Both the position numbers and the translations under genes were made by a program. Positions 52,548 through 61,198 of a stretch of DNA of 64,000 nucleotides are shown here, piece by piece; the first letter of the stretch is position 1, and every line of letters begins with the position of its first letter. Source of the DNA: a bacterium. GTDB taxonomy: Bacteria; Zhuqueibacterota; Zhuqueibacteria; Residuimicrobiales; Krinioviventaceae. The stretch spans positions 6,144,001-6,208,000 of the forward strand of contig OY843751.1 of NCBI GenBank assembly GCA_963693055.1, in the 5' to 3' direction. The notes below the pieces were generated by a model, which had not been told where the DNA came from, ran no database searches, and saw nothing but the letters and a program-made list of their open reading frames with translations.

Positions 52548-53234
52548 TCATTGCCCCAGTTCTTTTGCGATAATCTGTGCGTCAAAGGGATTGCCGTGAC
52601 CGGGATAAATGGTTTTTACGCCCCGCTCCAGTAACCTTTTCCAGGTGGATTGGGTCTGGTTAAAATCATCTGCAAGCGTGGGCAAGCCGGCTTTCCATCT
52701 CAATATGGGAATACCCTGCATGGCCATGTCTCCCACAATTACTCTGCCATCATTGAGGATTACACTGACCGATCCGGCGGTGTGTCCCGGTGTATGTTCA
52801 ATACGCCCGTCGATGCCATAGGGTTCAAGGTCAAGGCCGTTGTCATCAATCAATATATCCGGCACAGCAGGAACAACAGACAAGCGCGACTGTAAAAGTT
52901 TCATCAATCTGAACATGAATTTTGCTCCGGCTGTAATGGGTGTGGCGGGCATGGCTTTGCCATCGATCATCCATTGGCTGTCCGCTTTGTGGATTGCAAC
53001 AGGTGCCTGACACATGCGGGTCAGTTCTGCAACCGAACCGATATGGTCGGCATGACCATGAGTGATCACAATAAGGTTGATATCTGTGGATTCCAAATGG
53101 TGTTTCTGCAAAAGCCGTTCAACGGTTTTACCGCTGTTAATGGTGCCGGTGTCTACCAGAATAGCACCTTTTTCGCTCTTGATCAGGTAAGCGTTTGATA
53201 CTCCCAATTGAACTTGGATAATGTCTGTTGCCAT
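52548..53234 (-). CDS. MBL-fold metallohydrolase
   Basis: VDTG, THGHADH, HTPGHT, GD, PGHG. Confidence 0.92.
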   Translation of the reverse strand: MATDIIQVQLGVSNAYLIKSEKGAILVDTGTINSGKTVERLLQKHHLESTDINLIVITHGHADHIGSVAELTRMCQAPVAIHKADSQWMIDGKAMPATPITAGAKFMFRLMKLLQSRLSVVPAVPDILIDDNGLDLEPYGIDGRIEHTPGHTAGSVSVILNDGRVIVGDMAMQGIPILRWKAGLPTLADDFNQTQSTWKRLLERGVKTIYPGHGNPFDAQIIAKELGQ

Positions 53235-53329
53235 TTTTTATCTTTCATATTTTATGAATTTACTTTATAATATGCAATACACATGAAAAACATGCAAGTT
53301 AAATGTAAATAAAAAGTTGCAGGTGATCC

Positions 53330-54856
53330 ATGAAAAATCGTCGTCAATTTATGAAAACACTACTGACCGCATTACCGGCTTTGAGTATGCTCTCATCCTG
53401 TATGAACCAGGACAAAAAGCGGCCCAATATTTTGTTTATCATGTCAGATGATCATTCCACCCATGCAATCAGTTGTTACGGATCGAACCTCACGACAGTG
53501 TTTAAAACATCCAATATTGACCGGCTGGCAGCGGAAGGCGTGAAATTGGAAAATTGTTTTTGCACCAATTCTATTTGCACACCGAGCCGGGCTTCAATCC
53601 ATACCGGACAATACAGTCACCTTAACGGTGTATATACACTCAAAGATGCCATTGACCCGACAAAACCCAATCTGGCAAAAGAGATGCAAAAAGCAGGGTA
53701 CCAGACCGCAATCTATGGAAAGTGGCATCTCAAAACCGATCCGTCAGGATTCGACGACTGGCAGGTGTTGAGCGGTCAGGGGCGCTATCGTGATCCCGTC
53801 ATGCGGACCCGGAATGGAGTGGAAAAGCAATATTCCGGCCACTCGACTGATGTAATTACAGACCTTTCTCTGGAATGGTTAAAGCAGCGCAATCCGGAGG
53901 AACCTTTTTTTCTGCAATGTCATTTCAAGGCCCCACACGAGAACTGGGAATACGCAAAACGCTTCAAAGATGCGTTAAAGGACGTGGAACTGCCGGAACC
54001 CGAAAGCCTGTTTGAGGACATGTCCCATCGTTCCGAAGGATCGCGCGAGTATGGCTTTACCGTAGGCGAGACCATGGCGGAACGCCAGTCGCGGGAAAAT
54101 TATCACTCTGAACCGGCACTGGATACAACAGGGATGACATCCCAAGAAATACGTAAAGCCACGTATCAGAAATTTGTAAAAATGTATCTGCGTGCAGTTA
54201 TGGGTGTGGATGAGAACGTGGGTCGTATACTGGATTTTCTTGATGAACAGGGTCTGACAGACAATACACTGGTGGTGTACACTTCGGACCAGGGATATTT
54301 TCTGGGGGAGCATAACTATATTGATAAACGCTGGATGTTTGAAGAAGCGCTGCGCATGCCCTTTATTGTGCGATATGCTAAAGAATTACCGCCTGGCGAA
54401 GAGAATGATGATATTGTATTGAACATTGACTTTGCCGCCATGCTGCTTGATTATGCGGGTGTACAAACACCGGGCTATATGCAGGGGCGCAGTTTTCGTT
54501 CCAATCTGAATGGAAAGACTCCGAATGACTGGCGAGCCATCATGTATTATCGTTACTGGCTGCATACCACGCGTCCTGCACATTTGGGAGTACGGACAAA
54601 GCGTTACAAGCTCATCTTTTTTTACGGGCTGCCGTTGGGTATGAATGGAGCGGACCAACCGCCAACCAAAACCGGATGGGAGTTGTATGATCTTGAAAAT
54701 GACCCGAAAGAGATGCATAATGTTTATACCGATCCCCGGTATGCAGAGACAGTCAAACAGTTAAAAGCTGAAATGCTCCGTCTGCGAAATGAACTGGGTG
54801 ATACGGACGAGGGGCACCCCGAAATGCTTGAATTGTTAAAAGAAAATTTTAAATAA
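53330..54856 (+). CDS. Cys-type sulfatase lipoprotein, Tat signal
   Basis: RRQF, LSSC, SDDH, CTPSRAS, GKWH, KAPH, SDQG. Confidence 0.92.
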   Translation: MKNRRQFMKTLLTALPALSMLSSCMNQDKKRPNILFIMSDDHSTHAISCYGSNLTTVFKTSNIDRLAAEGVKLENCFCTNSICTPSRASIHTGQYSHLNGVYTLKDAIDPTKPNLAKEMQKAGYQTAIYGKWHLKTDPSGFDDWQVLSGQGRYRDPVMRTRNGVEKQYSGHSTDVITDLSLEWLKQRNPEEPFFLQCHFKAPHENWEYAKRFKDALKDVELPEPESLFEDMSHRSEGSREYGFTVGETMAERQSRENYHSEPALDTTGMTSQEIRKATYQKFVKMYLRAVMGVDENVGRILDFLDEQGLTDNTLVVYTSDQGYFLGEHNYIDKRWMFEEALRMPFIVRYAKELPPGEENDDIVLNIDFAAMLLDYAGVQTPGYMQGRSFRSNLNGKTPNDWRAIMYYRYWLHTTRPAHLGVRTKRYKLIFFYGLPLGMNGADQPPTKTGWELYDLENDPKEMHNVYTDPRYAETVKQLKAEMLRLRNELGDTDEGHPEMLELLKENFK

Positions 54857-54970
54857 ATGTTTCCAGATCTCTGAAAATAATCCTTCTTTAATAAAAAGCC
54901 AACCTTTATAGTTTTATCTGCTTGAACATTTTGGAATAAATACCCTATTGTAGACGTTATACTCTTTGAT

Positions 54971-54994
54971 TTATTGATGTTGCAACATCAATAA
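54971..54994. promoter_or_regulatory. Probable operator upstream of the pirin-nitroreductase operon
   Basis: Perfect 24-bp palindrome TTATTGATGTTG|CAACATCAATAA. Confidence 0.65.
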
Positions 54995-55013
54995 GCGTAT
55001 TATATTGGAGATA

Positions 55014-55727
55014 ATGATGAAAACAAAATTACATAAAGCAGATACAAGGGGATATTTTGATCATGGCTGGCTTGAAACCCGCCATACATTCAGTTTTGCG
55101 AATTATTATGATCCCGAACGTACCCATTTTGGCAAACTGCGGGTACTGAATGATGATAGTGTTGCTCCCGGTGAAGGATTTGGTACGCATCCGCATGAGA
55201 ATATGGAGATTGTATCCATACCCCTAAAGGGAGCGTTGGCGCATAAAGACAGCGGCGGACATGAAGAGGTGATAAAACCGGGAGAAGTGCAGGTTATGTC
55301 TGCCGGAACAGGCATATACCATTCCGAGTATAATGCATCAGATACAGAAGCCACTCATTTTTTGCAGATTTGGGTGTTTCCCGACAAACAGGGTCATGAA
55401 CCGCGTTATGATCAAAAATCCTTTGATTTAAAAGACCGACATAACAAGTTACAATTTATCGTCTCGCCGGAGAGAAACAATGGTTCATTGTGGCTTAACC
55501 AGAATGCCTGGTTTTCTATGATTGATCTGGATCAGGGGAAAAAAGTGCAATATGATCTGCACAACACTCATAATGGCGTTTATTTGTTTGTGCTTGTTGG
55601 AAGTGTAACTGTGTCAGAAACCAAGCTTGATACCCGGGACGGACTTGCAATTTGGGAAACGGAAAAAGTATTATTGACCGCAGATACAGATTCACAAATT
55701 TTAATTATTGAAATACCTATGCTATAG
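55014..55727 (+). CDS. Pirin family protein (YhhW-like)
   Basis: HGWL...HTFSF, LRVLNDD, HPH.NMEI, H.DS.G, MSAGTGI.HSE. Confidence 0.93.
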   Translation: MMKTKLHKADTRGYFDHGWLETRHTFSFANYYDPERTHFGKLRVLNDDSVAPGEGFGTHPHENMEIVSIPLKGALAHKDSGGHEEVIKPGEVQVMSAGTGIYHSEYNASDTEATHFLQIWVFPDKQGHEPRYDQKSFDLKDRHNKLQFIVSPERNNGSLWLNQNAWFSMIDLDQGKKVQYDLHNTHNGVYLFVLVGSVTVSETKLDTRDGLAIWETEKVLLTADTDSQILIIEIPML

Positions 55728-55742
55728 AAAGGATACATAACG

Positions 55743-56345
55743 ATGAAAGAAGCAATCCAAACGAAACCAGAATTACATCCCTTGTTATCCACCCGGTTCA
55801 GTCCACGCAGTTTTGATGAACGTCCGGTTGAACATGATGAAATACAATTGTTAATGCAGGCTGCCCAAAGTGCTCCCTCTTGTTACAACCAGCAACCCTG
55901 GCAGTATATCATTGCATCGAAAGACGACCGTCAGAAATATGATAAAATGCTAAATATATTATTCGAAAAAAACAAGGAATGGGCGCAACAGGCGCCATTG
56001 CTAATGATTAGTGTAGCGAAAACGGATTTTGACCATAACAACCAACCGAATCCCTATGCGTTATATGATGTGGGTCAGGCAACTGCAATGATGCTGGTGC
56101 AGGCTGCGTCAATGGGACTTTTAGCGCATCAGATGGGCGGATTTGATAAAGAGGCAGTTAAAAAAGAGTACCAAATACCGCAGGGATACGAACCGGTTGC
56201 AGCAATTGCCATTGGATACCGTTCAGAGCAGGATGGGAACCCTTCCCGTAACCGCAAGCCAATACATTCTTTTGTTTTTGCAGGTCAGTGGCAAAATTCG
56301 GTATTTGACGAGCAATCTGAAAATGTACTTGTGAATCATAATTGA
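55743..56345 (+). CDS. Nitroreductase family protein
   Basis: R.SPR.F, APS..N.QPW, HQMGGF, AIGY, RK. Confidence 0.92.
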   Translation: MKEAIQTKPELHPLLSTRFSPRSFDERPVEHDEIQLLMQAAQSAPSCYNQQPWQYIIASKDDRQKYDKMLNILFEKNKEWAQQAPLLMISVAKTDFDHNNQPNPYALYDVGQATAMMLVQAASMGLLAHQMGGFDKEAVKKEYQIPQGYEPVAAIAIGYRSEQDGNPSRNRKPIHSFVFAGQWQNSVFDEQSENVLVNHN

Positions 56346-56377
56346 TTTTAAGAACATTGTTTTTTCAATATGAGTTT

Positions 56378-56407
56378 GATCGTGACGGAGATTATATCCG
56401 TCACGAT
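56378..56407. repeat. 30-bp hairpin, identical copy at 59238-59267
   Basis: GATCGTGACGGA-GATTATA-TCCGTCACGAT. Confidence 0.85.
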
Positions 56408-56420
56408 CAATTTATTTACT

Positions 56421-57632
56421 GAAACCTCTGAAATATTATTAGAATCAAAGGTAATAATTTACTAATTTGCTGTATGATAAAAAAAACTGGAGTTTTACAT
56501 GGGTCGCAATAGAATAAACAATGAAGACTTGTTTACCACAGCAGCAAATGAAAATTTCAAAAAGCATATAAAAACCCAAAGCAAACAAGCTCTGGAAATT
56601 ATCAAAGAAAAAATTGATTGGCAAAATTTACTTGAACCCATTGAAGAACGTATTGAACAATCAAAAACCAGAAAATCAAATGCAGGCAAGCCGTCATTTG
56701 ATTTGTTAGTTATTGTTCGTTGTTTTTTATTACAACGTATCTATGGTTTATCCGATCCTCGCCTGGAAGAAGAGATTGCGGATCGACGTAGTTTTCAATT
56801 GTTTCTGGAACTGACCAGTGCGGATGCAATCCCTGACGAAACCACTATCTGCCGATATCGTGAACTATTTGCCCGTCTTGGTCTTGATAAAATACTGTTC
56901 CGGCAATTCAACAAACAGCTTGAAAAAATGGGTCTGATCGTTGGCAAAGGAACACTTGTTGATGCAACTATAAAACAAGCACAAGCGAAACCAGGAAGCA
57001 AGCGTGATCGTGATGCAGATTTCACAAAGAAACGTGGCAAAACGCATTATGGCTACAAAGGCCATATTGGTACAGATTTGGACAGTGATATTATTCATTC
57101 TGTAGAGTTTACCAGCGCAAGTATTCACGACACAAATCTTTTTCCGGATCTGATAACAGAAAAAGAAAATGCGGTGTTCGCAGATAAAGGTTACACGAAC
57201 AAAGCCCGCAAGTGCAACCTGCGAGGCAAAGGAGTCTATTGCGGCATTCTTGATAAAGGATATAGAAACCGAAATTTGACATCAAAGCAGGTAAAAAGAA
57301 ATAAGCAATTATCTAAAGTTCGGAATGCAGTTGAAAGACCGTTTGCCTTTATGAAGCAAGTATTAGATTATGATCGGTGCAGTTATTATGATATGGGCCG
57401 AAATCGTTTTGAATTTGTGATTGCAGCATGGGTTTATAATATCAGGCGTATGGTTACATTAACCACTTGAGCCATTTCGTAGGTATATAACCTATGTATT
57501 AGAGTAATGATAGTAAATTTTGTCAAAGAACAATTTTAAATGTTATAGATTTTATAAATATTTCATTCTCTTTGGAAAATTGAACTCAATTTATTAGTTC
57601 AATATGAAAAAATCCAATATTTCAGATGTTTC
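56421..57632 (+). mobile_element. IS5-type insertion sequence, 1212 bp
   Basis: 17-bp TIR GAAACCTCTGAAATATT vs AATATTTCAGATGTTTC (16/17); 5-bp TSD TTACT at 56416-56420 and 57633-57637. Confidence 0.92.
56499..57470 (+). CDS. IS5-family DDE transposase
   Basis: LQ..YGLSD...EE, PDETT, VDAT, GYK.H, ADKGY, R..VER.F. Confidence 0.95.
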   Translation: MGRNRINNEDLFTTAANENFKKHIKTQSKQALEIIKEKIDWQNLLEPIEERIEQSKTRKSNAGKPSFDLLVIVRCFLLQRIYGLSDPRLEEEIADRRSFQLFLELTSADAIPDETTICRYRELFARLGLDKILFRQFNKQLEKMGLIVGKGTLVDATIKQAQAKPGSKRDRDADFTKKRGKTHYGYKGHIGTDLDSDIIHSVEFTSASIHDTNLFPDLITEKENAVFADKGYTNKARKCNLRGKGVYCGILDKGYRNRNLTSKQVKRNKQLSKVRNAVERPFAFMKQVLDYDRCSYYDMGRNRFEFVIAAWVYNIRRMVTLTT

Positions 57633-57638
57633 TTACTG

Positions 57639-58293
57639 TTAATGTTTTAGTATGATAAAATCCATATACAACAATTTACGGTTAATCACATAGTTTGATA
57701 TATTTAACAGTTCCAGAAATTCTTTTATCTCTTGTGGATTGTAGGCAGCCCGTAAGGCCTGGAACAGGTTTTTATTCAATCGTAGGAAATTGCATAAGCC
57801 GTTTCGGTGATAATCGTAAATGTATAAAATACCACCTGGATTTAGTGCATTGTACAGGTTTTAGCGCTATTAATGGATCAAGCCATTGGTGCAGTGAAAA
57901 TGAAGAGTAAATAAAATCAAAGCTACCCAGATTTTCAATCTGCTCCAGTTTTTCCACGGAACCGTTTTTTAGAGAAAATTTTTTCTCCAATTGCATTTGC
58001 TTGATAAAATGATCACCATAATGTTTTACTCTTGGTGAATTCACCAATCCTACAATTTCTTTGGGATTGTATTTTTCAATAATGGCACGCGTTTGACTGA
58101 TTCTACCGGGAGAGATCTCTAAAAAACGTCCCTTGACAGAAACCATTTTCAGAGATTTCATAAAGTCCTTCAAGTAAAACCGTCCATTTTTTTGCTTCAT
58201 GGTTCTATAATCTTGGACGTTTTGCGTGCCGGTTGTGACCAGCAGATCCTGGAACGGTTTACGTTTGGGTGCTTTGATTGTCCTGGCAGTCAT
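57639..58293 (-). pseudogene. Class I SAM-dependent methyltransferase-like gene, frameshifted at the T4 run 57859-57862
   Basis: FLEISPG and FDFIYSSFSLHQW..P; a shifted frame continues NLYNALNPGGILYIYD...ILKH* to a stop at 57641-57639. Confidence 0.7.
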
Positions 58294-58619
58294 TATGCTT
58301 CCGATGTCAATTCTTCAGAACTGGTTTGTGGGTCTTTGTATTTATCATGAAATTTCTTTTTCCAATGTATACTGTGAGGATGATAACCATGTTTGGGTAA
58401 CGATTTGAAAAAGATATGCGCCAGCACAACCAGTCCCCATGCTTGCCAGAAGGAAATGGTGGTCAGTCCGAAAATATCAGGCATGAGCCAGTTCCACAAC
58501 AGTTTAACAATAATACCCAGAACTGCAGCCATGATAGCGGCAAAGGCAATACCACCTGCAATCATCAACGCAATGCGACCTGCACCGAGTTTCTCAGAAT
58601 GATGAAAATGTCCACACAT
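58293..58619 (-). CDS. Small membrane protein encoded downstream of the ECF sigma factor
   Basis: LWNWLMP.IFGL..I.FWQA.GL motif; GAGG SD. Confidence 0.75.
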   Translation of the reverse strand: MCGHFHHSEKLGAGRIALMIAGGIAFAAIMAAVLGIIVKLLWNWLMPDIFGLTTISFWQAWGLVVLAHIFFKSLPKHGYHPHSIHWKKKFHDKYKDPQTSSEELTSEA

Positions 58620-58632
58620 ATAATTATACCTC

Positions 58633-59169
58633 TCATTTGTTCAGTGATTTCAGCTTTTCACGCAGAAACAACACAGCGTAACGTTTACGGGCAATGAGTG
58701 TGTTTAGCGGTTCACCGGTTTCAATGGACAGGTCTTTGAATGTTCTGCCATTTATGACCTGTTCAATAAACACATATTTTTGATTCTCAGGCAGTTGGTC
58801 AATGCTTGCCATGATCGACTCTAAAATTGTTTCTCGTTCTGTGGAATCCAAATCTGACGGGACTTTCTCAGCCAGTACATCCTCAAAGCGGATTTCATCA
58901 TCGTCGATGGGTTCATCAAGCGAGACTGTATCCAATTTGCGTTTGCGGTACCAGTCTATGATGCGGTTTCGTACTACGGTATACACCCAACCGGTGAGGT
59001 TGTCTATGGAATTTAGCACGTTCAGATTCCCGAGAAGCTGTAAATAGACATCCTGCAGCAGATCATCTGATTCTTCGAGAGAGGCGATCCGGTATCTTAC
59101 AAACGCCCGCAGGTTCTGGTTCTCTGTCCTGAAAAACTCGCCCAGTTTATGTGTTGTTTCACTACTCAT
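58633..59169 (-). CDS. ECF RNA polymerase sigma factor
   Basis: DLLQDV, W.Y...RN.IID.YRK, LPE.Q..VF region 4, T..ARKRYA. Confidence 0.92.
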   Translation of the reverse strand: MSSETTHKLGEFFRTENQNLRAFVRYRIASLEESDDLLQDVYLQLLGNLNVLNSIDNLTGWVYTVVRNRIIDWYRKRKLDTVSLDEPIDDDEIRFEDVLAEKVPSDLDSTERETILESIMASIDQLPENQKYVFIEQVINGRTFKDLSIETGEPLNTLIARKRYAVLFLREKLKSLNK

Positions 59170-59237
59170 CTCACTATTATAGACGTAAACATTGGAAAAT
59201 TATTGTATGGAAAGTGAAATTTTTTAATATTCAAGTA

Positions 59238-59267
59238 GATCGTGACGGAGATTATATCCGTCACGAT
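59238..59267. repeat. 30-bp hairpin, identical to 56378-56407
   Basis: Exact direct repeat. Confidence 0.85.
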
Positions 59268-59302
59268 TATTTTTTTGACGATAGAATAGTGTTCTATATT
59301 CA

Positions 59303-60148
59303 TCACCCCTTTGCCGCCGAGCCAATGCTCCACAGATTGTCATGGTTTCCCAGTCTTTCCGAATTGCCCATCACCATTCTCCAGCAGGGTGCGCTTTCTT
59401 CCAGATTGGGGATGGATCTGAAAAATTGTACGGCCTTTTTATGGCTTTCCAGAACACCGATCCTGAACGGCCGATTTTCTGCAATCATTGCAAGGGATTG
59501 TAGCAGCGGCAGGGGATTTTGGTCTTTGTTTAATACGGTCATTGGTGCAACGGCAATAACATCAGGCGCGGGATAGCCAAAGACATAACCATCAATACCG
59601 GAATTTGATTCGGATACCAGACAAAATGGGGAAAAACGGTTAAATCGTTGTTTTAAAAAGAAACTGCGGTCATCTCCAAACAGCTCCCGGTCGATGTTAC
59701 AGATTTCTTCCAGATCTTCGTGAGTCATTTGTCGCACCTGTGGGTGATGTTTGCCCTTAAAAGTACCCAGAAATCGGAGTGATAGGGTGATTTTATGCAG
59801 GCCATAGCGTTCATAAATGGGGACGGCGGGTATATTGCCATCCAGATAGATATTGGGGATGTGTTTTGCTTCCAGATACTCCATGGAATGGGCGAACAAT
59901 CGACTACCGAGTCCCTGACCCCGAACGGATTCTTTCATTATGAAATAACCAATGAAACCATTGTTTGGGTAGGCAATGGAAAAGCAAATACCAACAGGCT
60001 GCGAATCCAGCTCGGCAATAAAACAACCATTTGGGTCAAAAGCTATCAAGTCTTCAAACACCGTGCGATCAAAGCCATACCAGCCTTCGTCCTGGGTGCA
60101 TTCAAAGGCAAAATCAATATCTGATTCGGTAAGGGTACGTATATCCAT
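59303..60148 (-). CDS. Tandem GNAT acetyltransferase (YitH-like)
   Basis: RGQGLG motif, P.YER.G, D...FG.DR; GGAG SD before ATG 60148. Confidence 0.88.
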   Translation of the reverse strand: MDIRTLTESDIDFAFECTQDEGWYGFDRTVFEDLIAFDPNGCFIAELDSQPVGICFSIAYPNNGFIGYFIMKESVRGQGLGSRLFAHSMEYLEAKHIPNIYLDGNIPAVPIYERYGLHKITLSLRFLGTFKGKHHPQVRQMTHEDLEEICNIDRELFGDDRSFFLKQRFNRFSPFCLVSESNSGIDGYVFGYPAPDVIAVAPMTVLNKDQNPLPLLQSLAMIAENRPFRIGVLESHKKAVQFFRSIPNLEESAPCWRMVMGNSERLGNHDNLWSIGSAAKG

Positions 60149-60209
60149 GGGCAATTCTCCAGAGTTGTTATTTAAATATATAAGAAAATTTGAAAAAGTA
60201 AAATAATTA

Positions 60210-60267
60210 TTGACAGAAACCAGCATATTCCTTACCTTTGGTAAGGAATGATGATTAAGGTAAGGAA
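60210..60267 (+). promoter_or_regulatory. Sigma70 promoter with overlapping TA operator
   Basis: TTGACA-17-TACCTT; inverted repeat ATTCCTTACC-TTT-GGTAAGGAAT plus an extra GGTAAGGAA half-site at 60259-60267. Confidence 0.7.
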
Positions 60268-60268
60268 C

Positions 60269-60505
60269 ATGACGTCAACAATAACATCAAAAGGTCAGTT
60301 AACCGTTCCCAAAGCAATTCGTGAAAAATACGGTTTGCAATCTGGTGACAAGGTTGAATTTTTGGATGACCCTGAATTGGGATTAAGAATAGTTCCGGTA
60401 ACACAACCTTTATCCCGGTTAAAAGGAATGGTACCAAAACCGGACAAAACTATCAGTCTTGAAGATATGCAGAATGTCATAGAGCATGAAGGTGGAAAAT
60501 TATGA
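60269..60505 (+). CDS. vapB: AbrB/MazE/SpoVT-family antitoxin
   Basis: STITSKGQLTVPK.IR...G...GD.V.F. Confidence 0.85.
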   Translation: MTSTITSKGQLTVPKAIREKYGLQSGDKVEFLDDPELGLRIVPVTQPLSRLKGMVPKPDKTISLEDMQNVIEHEGGKL

Positions 60506-60897
60506 TTGGAATAGATACCAATGTTCTTGTAAGGTATATCGTTCAAGACGATCCTTCACAATCCGAAAAAGCGAGTCAATTTTTAGAAGAGAATTGTAAT
60601 ACTACCAATCCGGGTTTTATTAATAGTATAGTGCTTTGTGAATTGGTATGGGTATTGAAATGTGCCTATGGTTATAACAAAACAGTTATTGCAGATGTTA
60701 TAGAAAAGTTATTATGTACATCTGAACTTGTTGCGGAAAATTCAAATGCAGCCTGGGATGCATTAAGAGCATATAAAGCCGGACAGGCAGATTTTCCGGA
60801 TTATTTAATAGGGGATATAAATTCAATCAATGATTGTGAATTTACAGTTAGTTTTGATAAGCAAACAACTGAAAGCAAACATTTTCAGATACTTTAG
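60502..60897 (+). CDS. vapC: PIN-domain toxin
   Basis: GIDTNVLVR, E..WVL, DF.D.LI, FD; ATGA overlap with the antitoxin gene. Confidence 0.9.
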   Translation: MIGIDTNVLVRYIVQDDPSQSEKASQFLEENCNTTNPGFINSIVLCELVWVLKCAYGYNKTVIADVIEKLLCTSELVAENSNAAWDALRAYKAGQADFPDYLIGDINSINDCEFTVSFDKQTTESKHFQIL

Positions 60898-61198
60898 TAA
60901 ATTCGACTTTTTTTTAAAGTTGTTTCTTTGTTTTGGAAAAATTATAAATAGACCTGATAAAAGAAATATTTTTATAGATATTAAGATTCAAGGTCTCGCA
61001 ACAGAGATCATCTCTGTCACAATCGTTCCCAGTGAAACAAGAATGCATCGTGGGTTTGGCACCATAAACCTGTTGCATTTCTATCATATTTCATCTACAT
61101 TGCATAACAATCCTGACGAAATACCGAATATATTATATATTTTCCGCAGTCCGGGCCCTACGCCGGAATAATCCAATTAACTGTTTTTGAGGTCCCCT

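Noticed and set aside
61057-61076. TGGCAC...TTGC as a sigma54 promoter for the SSS gene
   Set aside because: The spacer is 10 bp, not the required 5 bp
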